DNA from: Capnocytophaga sp.
GTDB taxonomy: Bacteria; Bacteroidota; Bacteroidia; Flavobacteriales; Flavobacteriaceae
Assembly (NCBI GenBank): GCA_041819925.1
Contig: JBGYFE010000149.1
Span: 3,036 to 67,035, forward strand
Direction: 5' to 3'
Length of the DNA: 64,000 nt
Below the pieces are notes generated by a model, which was not told the origin of the DNA, did not search any database, and worked only from the letters and a program-made list of their open reading frames with translations. Positions 20,091 to 26,823 of the stretch are shown here, piece by piece (the first letter of the stretch is position 1; the number at the start of each line of letters is the position of its first letter). The position numbers were made by a program, and so were the translations under genes.

Positions 20091-20927
20091 ATGAATACAT
20101 ATTTTAATGAGTTTCTCTTGAAAATAGAACAAGAGGAACAAAAGGTAACTTTTTTGCCTGAGAATTGTATAAAGGAATCATTACAAATGATGTCCGTATT
20201 GAGTAATATGCTCAAAGAGATGAAAACCTATATTCTAACAAATGGTTTTGAATCACAGAGTGAAGAAATTTCCTTTTTCCGAGATATAAAACCTATTATA
20301 CAGGGAAAATTATTGTTTTATAGGCAAATACATCTTTGGGAAAAATCACTTTCTTTTTTACCTAAACACAACTCTAATCACAAAAGTTTTTTAGTTGAGC
20401 AAGAAAAGACTATGGAACAAAAATTAAAAAAATCACTACAAGAAGAACCCTTTTATAACTATTATCTATCGGAAAATCATCAGTGGGATGCGAAGTATTT
20501 TGTGAGGTATCAGGTAGATATTGCCACAGAAATTTTACCTGAAAATAGGCTGAATTTTGATACAGATTTTTCTACCTACTATGACTTTTTAGTGGCTCAA
20601 ATCCTATGTAAAAAACAACTAAACGAGTATCTTACCAATCGTATAGAAGAAATAGAAAATAATGCTGGGGGAATCAATACAAATTTAGAATGGACAGCCA
20701 CTAAAAATGATTTGATTGAATTGGTATATGCTTTACAGCAAGTCAAAGCTATTTCAAGTGGAAAAATGAGTATCAATAAAATTGTAGCAGTTTTTAGTAA
20801 AATATTCAACATCGAATTAAAAGATACTCATCACGCTTTTCATCGAATGAAAACAAGAGGTAAGTCACGCACCACTTTTTTAGACAAACTTAAAATAGCA
20901 TTGGAAGAATATATGGATAAAGAGTAA
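20091..20927 (+). CDS. rteC: RteC-family CTn transcriptional activator
   Basis: EEISFFRDIKP...; C-terminal LEWTATKNDLIELVYAL...HHAFHRMKTR.KSRT.FLDKLK; TAATTTTG box at 20041-20048. Confidence 0.85.
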   Translation: MNTYFNEFLLKIEQEEQKVTFLPENCIKESLQMMSVLSNMLKEMKTYILTNGFESQSEEISFFRDIKPIIQGKLLFYRQIHLWEKSLSFLPKHNSNHKSFLVEQEKTMEQKLKKSLQEEPFYNYYLSENHQWDAKYFVRYQVDIATEILPENRLNFDTDFSTYYDFLVAQILCKKQLNEYLTNRIEEIENNAGGINTNLEWTATKNDLIELVYALQQVKAISSGKMSINKIVAVFSKIFNIELKDTHHAFHRMKTRGKSRTTFLDKLKIALEEYMDKE

Positions 20928-20983
20928 TTTTTGATGATGTTTGGTATGTTTTTTTACTGATACTACCTTACAATTGACCTTGT

Positions 20984-21044
20984 TGAAAGGGGTGCGGTTA
21001 CAGGTAGTGATTTAAAATCACTACCTGTAACCGCACCCCTTTCA
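20984..21044. repeat. Perfect 61-bp palindrome (30-bp arms, 1-nt centre)
   Basis: TGAAAGGGGTGCGGTTACAGGTAGTGATTT-A-AAATCACTACCTGTAACCGCACCCCTTTCA; checked base by base, no mismatch. Confidence 0.97.
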
Positions 21045-21049
21045 CAGGG

Positions 21050-21095
21050 CAAAGGTAAAAATTTTTTGCCAATTTGTAAATAGTTCGTACCTTTG
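21050..21095. promoter_or_regulatory. Back-to-back TAnnTTTG promoters
   Basis: TACCTTTG on - (21057-21050), firing into the palindrome; TACCTTTG on + (21088-21095). Confidence 0.55.
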
Positions 21096-21139
21096 CATCA
21101 CAGAGTTACAACGCAAAACAAGTAAAATTAATGAAATGA

Positions 21140-21161
21140 GTTCCGTTACCAAATCATTACC
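21140..21161. other. Candidate integrase arm-type / element-end motif
   Basis: GTTCCGTTACCAAATCATTACC contains C(G/A)TTACC twice at 11-bp spacing. From recall (unverified) it resembles the subterminal motif upstream of tyrosine-integrase genes in Bacteroidota elements. Confidence 0.4.
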
Positions 21162-21349
21162 TTATACTCTTACAAAAACAAATAAATCACTGATAATTAA
21201 ATACATATAAATTTAGTTGGATTTTTATTAGAAAAACGATTTTAGAGAATATCCAACGTACAAAGATATGGAAAATATTTTAATATCAATCTTTTGTAAA
21301 AAATCTAAAAAACATTTACTTTTGCTTCATATCTTCAAAAGTGAAAACA

Positions 21350-22165
21350 ATGTCGATTTCTATAAAAAAACTCAACAATGAGCAAGTTGTTCAAAATTTC
21401 AGCGTTGAAAACTATTGCATCTTTGCTTTTCGCGGAAATGGGACTTTTTTAGTTGATTTTGTGGAATATACGCACAATAAAAACACATTGTTATTTCTCT
21501 CCCCTTTTCAAAATTTTCAAAAAAATAACGGAACGATGAATGAAATAAATCTGTTGCAATTTCACGGTGATTTCTATTGCATTGAATATCACAAAAAGGA
21601 AGTTGCCTGCAACGGATTGTTATTCAACAACATATTCTTGCAACCTCACATTGAGGTGTCTGATGAATGTTTTGCCGACATTTTGAACATTTTTCGCCGT
21701 ATTGAAAGTGAAACATTCTCCGAAACGGCATATTCAGAAGCGGTACTTCGCTCCTACTTACAACTTATTTTGGCACTTTCGAGCAAAGAAAAAAGCCTTA
21801 TTTTAGAAAAAACAGCACCCAACACCGAACATAATTTAGTTGCAAACTTTCAAAAGTTGTTAGAAACTCATTTTCTGACCCAACGAAGTGTGCAATTTTA
21901 TGCCGAACAAGCGTGCCTTCCGAAAGATACTTTCAGCAAGAAAATCAAACAGTTATTAGGAAAATCACCCACAAAATTAATCCAAGAACGCGTAATTTTA
22001 GAAGCAAAAAAACAACTGCACCTGACGTACAAATCTGTCAAAGAAATTGCTTTTGATATGAATTTCAAAGACGAGTTTTATTTCAGCCGATTTTTCAAAA
22101 AATCAGTAGGAAAATCTCCTAAATTTTTCAGAGAAACTGTTGGAATTTCAATCGTCGCAAAATAA
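21350..22165 (+). CDS. AraC-family transcriptional regulator
   Basis: C-terminal double HTH (SVQFYAEQ...ERVILEAKKQL...KEIAFDMNFKDEFYFSRFFKK); N-terminal FYCIEYHKKEVACNG; own TACTTTTG box at 21317-21324; ATG 21350 (GTG 21341 possible). Confidence 0.9.
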   Translation: MSISIKKLNNEQVVQNFSVENYCIFAFRGNGTFLVDFVEYTHNKNTLLFLSPFQNFQKNNGTMNEINLLQFHGDFYCIEYHKKEVACNGLLFNNIFLQPHIEVSDECFADILNIFRRIESETFSETAYSEAVLRSYLQLILALSSKEKSLILEKTAPNTEHNLVANFQKLLETHFLTQRSVQFYAEQACLPKDTFSKKIKQLLGKSPTKLIQERVILEAKKQLHLTYKSVKEIAFDMNFKDEFYFSRFFKKSVGKSPKFFRETVGISIVAK

Positions 22166-22274
22166 TCTATGAAATATCCCTTTTTGTCCATTGAGTTATG
22201 GGTTGAATGAAACTACTTTTGCAAAACAAAATCATACGCTTAAAAATTATATAACATTCTAAAAATCAACAATA

Positions 22275-22883
22275 ATGAAAAATTTACTTACATTTTTAGC
22301 AAACAGTCAGGCTTCTTTTGTGAACTATATCCGTGTTGCGATTTTTATTGTAATGGCTTGGATAGGAGGCTTGAAAGTGTATCAATATGAGGCTGATGGC
22401 ATCGTTCCGTTTGTGATTAACAGCCCGTTTATGAGTTTTTTCTATAACAATACGGGAAAAACAGCCACAAACGACAAAGGTGAAACCGTTGCCGAGTACA
22501 CGCTTCACAAAAATCCAGAAGGAAAAATGGTTGCCAAAAACATTGAATGGCACAAACAAAACGGAACATACGTTTTCTCTTACGGATTGGGTGCAGTGAT
22601 TTGCCTTATCGGATTACTGACGCTTTTAGGAATTTGGTCGCCTAAAATCGGACTGATTGGCGGATTGCTAACTTTCGGAATGTCTATCGTAACTCTCTCA
22701 TTTTTAATCACTACCCCCGAAGTATATGTCCCTAATTTGGGAGGAGATATGCCTACTCCACAGCACGGTTTTCCGTATCTTTCAGGGGCTGGACGCTTGG
22801 TTTTGAAAGACATCATTATGTCGGCAGGAGGGCTGATTGCCGCATCTGACGCTGCACGACGGCTGTTAAATAAAGAAAATTAA
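22275..22883 (+). CDS. DUF417 (YkgB/RclC-like) inner-membrane protein
   Basis: WIGGLK...YEADGIVPFVINSPFMSFFY...TLSFLITTPE...GRLVLKD; TACTTTTG box at 22214-22221. Confidence 0.85.
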   Translation: MKNLLTFLANSQASFVNYIRVAIFIVMAWIGGLKVYQYEADGIVPFVINSPFMSFFYNNTGKTATNDKGETVAEYTLHKNPEGKMVAKNIEWHKQNGTYVFSYGLGAVICLIGLLTLLGIWSPKIGLIGGLLTFGMSIVTLSFLITTPEVYVPNLGGDMPTPQHGFPYLSGAGRLVLKDIIMSAGGLIAASDAARRLLNKEN

Positions 22884-22903
22884 TTAAACTTACAATAAAA
22901 AAT

Positions 22904-22932
22904 AAGAGGTTGCTTCATTTGAGCAACCTCTT
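22904..22932. terminator. Intrinsic terminator between convergent genes
   Basis: AAGAGGTTGCT-N7-AGCAACCTCTT flanked by A/T runs. Confidence 0.7.
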
Positions 22933-23045
22933 TATGTTTGTACCAATTAAAAAAGATAAAATGAAATTTTACATAAAGACGAACAAAAACAGAAAATGTT
23001 ACAAAAAATCGTTTTTTTCTTTCTTCTTTCGCTTCTGTGCTAAAT

Positions 23046-24290
23046 TTATCTGGAAATATCTGCTCCACTGGCACCTCCTACCCCAACAACCTCATCATAC
23101 AAAGCTCCCGGAGCTCGGTAGTACACCAATATTACGTAATTATTCTCGGTTTGTTGGAAATTTCCGCCAATTTCGTCGAAATTTACCGAATTTTTATCTT
23201 TTGTTGCAAAATTATAATTGTAAAAACCTTGTTTTAGCAATACTTTTCCGTGAAAAAGTCCCGTTTTTTCATCATAAAGAAGCCTATATTCGTCTGAAAT
23301 TTGGTAATTTGAGAATTTTCCGTAAACATACACCTCTTTTGACACATAGTTCGACTGTGGTTCCAAAGCAAAATGTACCCAAACATAATCCGATTCGTTG
23401 GCTGAATTTTGTCCGTTTACTGTATTTACTAAAAAATCACCGTTAATGTCCGGAAAATACGTGTAAACACGGAGTGCCCGACTTATATTCGGATATAAAT
23501 AATGCTCAAACAACTTATTTTGTTCAATTCGTAAAACTCCTGCCGAAGCAATCCGCAAGTCTTTCGTGTCGAAATTAAAAAATTCATTTCCTCCCCAAAA
23601 AGAACTTTCAATGTCATATCTGTAAATCAATTCATTACCCATTGTGTATTGCGGTTTTAAATCCGTAATGGCATTATCCCAACGGTAATTTTGCAAAATA
23701 GCCACTTTCACATTGCTTTTAGGGTCTTGCAAACGTATATCACGTTCTTTTACAGAGAATTGAACCACTTGTTTTGTGTCAAAATACTGCAAATCACGCG
23801 CGCGTTTCACTTCGGCTTGAATGTTTACCAACGGATTGTAAACAACAAATCTGCGAGAAAAAACCTCAACTCCGTAACTATCCACAATCGAAAGCATATA
23901 ATTCCCCGTGAGCGTAACTTTCGTCAATTCATTGGGCAAAGTCAGGCTATAATGCGAATAAGGCTGCAAAGTGGCATACGAATTACTTTCGGGACGTATC
24001 GGCTGCTCGTCCATTCCGCGAACATATTCACTTTTAAGCAGTTGTGAAGGAGACCAATCGGCATTGCAATGCGTTATTTTATAATAATAAGTTTCCTCAT
24101 TGCCACTCAAATCATCAAATTGCAAGGTGAAAGACTGATTGACACGCACCAGCGGAAATTGGTTCTTATCATCTTCCGAAGTTTTGAAAACAATCGTTTT
24201 GATGAAGTCCGACGGATTTTTTTCCGCAAGAATTTGAGCTTGCATACTCCAACAAAAACTCACCGACAATAAAAATAGTAACTGTTTCAT
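23046..24290 (-). CDS. DUF5103-domain exported protein
   Basis: Signal peptide; YYYKI.HC.ADW; GNEF..FDTK; YGKFSN...LLKQGFYNY; conserved in Bacteroidota. Confidence 0.75.
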   Translation of the reverse strand: MKQLLFLLSVSFCWSMQAQILAEKNPSDFIKTIVFKTSEDDKNQFPLVRVNQSFTLQFDDLSGNEETYYYKITHCNADWSPSQLLKSEYVRGMDEQPIRPESNSYATLQPYSHYSLTLPNELTKVTLTGNYMLSIVDSYGVEVFSRRFVVYNPLVNIQAEVKRARDLQYFDTKQVVQFSVKERDIRLQDPKSNVKVAILQNYRWDNAITDLKPQYTMGNELIYRYDIESSFWGGNEFFNFDTKDLRIASAGVLRIEQNKLFEHYLYPNISRALRVYTYFPDINGDFLVNTVNGQNSANESDYVWVHFALEPQSNYVSKEVYVYGKFSNYQISDEYRLLYDEKTGLFHGKVLLKQGFYNYNFATKDKNSVNFDEIGGNFQQTENNYVILVYYRAPGALYDEVVGVGGASGADISR

Positions 24291-24375
24291 AATCTGATTT
24301 TAAAAATCAAATGTAAGAAAAAATTTATATAAACAAAAATTTTTATCTTTGCACCCACTAACTTTCAATCATATT

Positions 24376-25629
24376 ATGACAAATTCAGGAAAAATAGAGC
24401 TTATGGCGCCTGCCGGAAACTTTGAATCATTGCAAGCTGCCATTGACAACGGAGCTGATTCTGTATATTTTGGCGTTGACCAACTCAATATGCGTGCACG
24501 AGCGAGCATTAACTTCACTATTGACGATTTAGACGAAATCGCAAGGCGTTGCCACCCAAAAAACATACGAACCTATCTGACACTGAACACCATTATTTAT
24601 GACCACGACCTTTCCATCATAAAAACCCTACTCGATGCTGCCAAAAAAGCGAATTTGACAGCCGTTATCGCGATGGATCAGGCGGTGATTGCTTACGCTC
24701 GGCAAATTGGTATGGAGGTGCATATTTCCACGCAAATCAACATTACGAACATCGAAACGGTGCGATTCTACTCGCTTTTTGCCGATACAATGGTAATGAG
24801 CCGCGAGCTGAGTTTGCGACAAGTGAAAAAAATTGCCGAACAAATCGAACGCGAACAAATTAAAGGACCTTCGGGGAATTTGGTTGAGATTGAAATCTTC
24901 GGACACGGAGCGTTGTGTATGGCAGTTTCGGGCAAATGTTATTTGAGCTTGCATTCGCACAATTCATCGGCAAACAGAGGGGCTTGCAAGCAAAATTGTC
25001 GGAAAAAATACACCGTTATCGACCAAGAAAGCGGTTTTGAAATCGAAATTGATAACGAATATATGATGTCGCCCAAAGACTTGTGTACGATTGATTTTCT
25101 TGACCAAGTGATTGACGCTGGGGCGAAAGTGTTGAAAATTGAAGGACGCGGACGCGCTCCCGAATACGTGGCGACGGTCATCAAAACTTACCGCGAGGCA
25201 ATCGATAGTTATTACGAAGGAACATACTCCAAAGAAAAGGTTGAAAAATGGATGGAAGCCCTTGCAACGGTCTATAACAGAGGCTTTTGGAGCGGATATT
25301 ATTTAGGACAAAAATTAGGTGAATGGAGCGAGAACCCTGGTTCGAATGCGACGCAAAAAAAGGTGTACGTCGGGCAAGGAAAGCATTTTTTCCCGAAAAC
25401 GGGCATTGCCGAGTTTCAAATTGAAGCCTTTGACATCAAAATCGGGGATAAACTCCTCATTACGGGGCCTACTACGGGCGTACAAGAGTTGGAACTCACC
25501 GAAATGATGGTCAATGACGTAAAAGCTACTTCTGCCACCAAAGGCGATTCGTGCACTATCAAAACCGATTTTAGAGTACGCCTATCGGACAAACTTTATA
25601 AGATTGTGGCAACCGAGTTTGCGAAGTAA
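24376..25629 (+). CDS. U32 peptidase-family Fe-S protein (TrhP/PrtC-like, probably RNA hydroxylation)
   Basis: IELMAPAG; E.FGHGALC..SGKC...NRGACKQNCR; KIEGRGR. The TATCTTTG box at 24344-24351 places the start at ATG 24376. Confidence 0.85.
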   Translation: MTNSGKIELMAPAGNFESLQAAIDNGADSVYFGVDQLNMRARASINFTIDDLDEIARRCHPKNIRTYLTLNTIIYDHDLSIIKTLLDAAKKANLTAVIAMDQAVIAYARQIGMEVHISTQINITNIETVRFYSLFADTMVMSRELSLRQVKKIAEQIEREQIKGPSGNLVEIEIFGHGALCMAVSGKCYLSLHSHNSSANRGACKQNCRKKYTVIDQESGFEIEIDNEYMMSPKDLCTIDFLDQVIDAGAKVLKIEGRGRAPEYVATVIKTYREAIDSYYEGTYSKEKVEKWMEALATVYNRGFWSGYYLGQKLGEWSENPGSNATQKKVYVGQGKHFFPKTGIAEFQIEAFDIKIGDKLLITGPTTGVQELELTEMMVNDVKATSATKGDSCTIKTDFRVRLSDKLYKIVATEFAK

Positions 25630-25747
25630 AAATGAATTTATATTATTGGCAAATACGCTGATGAATTGGGGTTGGAAATGGAACTTAGAAAATAATTTTA
25701 CCACAAAAGGCACAGATTTTTTTTCTTTTGTGGAAAAATAAAAAAAT

Positions 25748-26647
25748 ATGGAAATACTGTATGTATTGATTGGGGTTTTTATTGGAGGAGTTTTGGGAGT
25801 TGTACTTTGGGAAAGTAGGAGACATAAAATTGATAATTTAACAGTAATTTTGCTTTTAGTTGCTTTATTACTAATTCTGTTCTCTATATATGCCCCTACA
25901 TTGTTCACTCAATATTCATCTTCCATATATTTTGATGAAAATACAGGAGTAATTGGGGATACCATTGGAGGAATAATGAACCCTTTTATAAGTATTGCTG
26001 CTGTTATCGTAATGGGTTTAGCATTTTATGCTCAGTACAGAGCAAATGATATGATAAGAAAGCAGTTCAAAATTCAGCAATTTGAGAAAAGATTTTACGA
26101 AATGCTTAATCAATATAAAAATATGTTAGTTGATGTTGAACTTAAATTTCAATCTTTTGGATCAATAAATAAAATAAAAGGAATAGATGTTTTTATACAA
26201 GTTAATGATGAAATAAGAAATAATGACGATGTGTTCAAAAAGAAACAAGAGCAAACTTTTAAATTGTTTGACAGATACTTTGAATATATACTTAGAATTA
26301 TAAAATATGTTGATAATCAAATAGATTTAACAGATTTAGACAAAAGAGAGTATATAGATTCATTGAAAATGCAAATGTCTAATGACGAATTGAAAATGCT
26401 ATTTTATTATTTAAAGTTGGGCAATAGATATAAAGAATATCATCATCTTTGTCTCATAAAATATGGTATGCTAAGATACTTACCATATACCGAAATGTAT
26501 TGTGTTTTCGATGAAGGACAAAATGAGTTTATAAAAAATACACTAATAAAATTAATCGAAGAGTATAAAAAAACATATAAAGGCGAAAAATTGTTTGAAA
26601 TAGGAGACGATGTAAACAATAAATTTAAGACTCCTTCTTCTCTCTAA
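25748..26647 (+). CDS. Putative phage abortive-infection protein (putAbiC-like) with N-terminal TM helices
   Basis: TM segments, then IGDTIGG..NPF...QQFEKRFYEML...YF.YILRIIKYVD...Y...LK.QMSNDELKMLFYY; visibly lower GC than its neighbours. Confidence 0.65.
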   Translation: MEILYVLIGVFIGGVLGVVLWESRRHKIDNLTVILLLVALLLILFSIYAPTLFTQYSSSIYFDENTGVIGDTIGGIMNPFISIAAVIVMGLAFYAQYRANDMIRKQFKIQQFEKRFYEMLNQYKNMLVDVELKFQSFGSINKIKGIDVFIQVNDEIRNNDDVFKKKQEQTFKLFDRYFEYILRIIKYVDNQIDLTDLDKREYIDSLKMQMSNDELKMLFYYLKLGNRYKEYHHLCLIKYGMLRYLPYTEMYCVFDEGQNEFIKNTLIKLIEEYKKTYKGEKLFEIGDDVNNKFKTPSSL

Positions 26648-26762
26648 TAAAACGTTCACACCATAGATTGAAATATCTTAAAGTGTTATTATATTAAGAG
26701 ATATCGCCACTAAATACTTAATAGGAAGGATAGAAAATTTATTTGAAATTGTCAATATAAAT

Positions 26763-26800
26763 AAACTTGTCTAAACTCCTTAAAAAGTTCAGACAAGTTT
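26763..26800. terminator. Inverted repeat / bidirectional terminator between convergent genes
   Basis: AAACTTGTCTAAACT-N8-AGTTCAGACAAGTTT (14/15 complementary). Confidence 0.55.
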
Positions 26801-26823
26801 AATATTTCTTTTCAAAAGGTCTA

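Larger units (their letters stand above)
6340..21161. mobile_element. Bacteroidota ICE/conjugative-transposon backbone, incomplete in this window
   Basis: Hallmark CTn gene set (rteC, HTH_17 x2, primase-AAA, DUF3945, topB, DUF1896, methylase-helicase), visibly more GC-rich than the T6SS genes. No int, mob or tra genes are seen. The boundaries are inferred. Confidence 0.8.

Noticed and set aside
20984-21044. The palindrome as an ordinary rteC terminator, a CRISPR repeat or a hairpin telomere
   Set aside because: There is no U-tract on either strand and the stem is much longer than a terminator's. It is single-copy with no spacers or cas genes. No protelomerase is present and the sequence continues normally on both sides.
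22910-23446. 178-aa + strand ORF
   Set aside because: It starts inside a terminator and is antisense to DUF5103.
24376-25629. U32 gene looks more GC-rich than its neighbours, suggesting horizontal transfer
   Set aside because: The impression is by eye only and the gene is a widespread housekeeping type; a codon-usage or phylogenetic test is needed.
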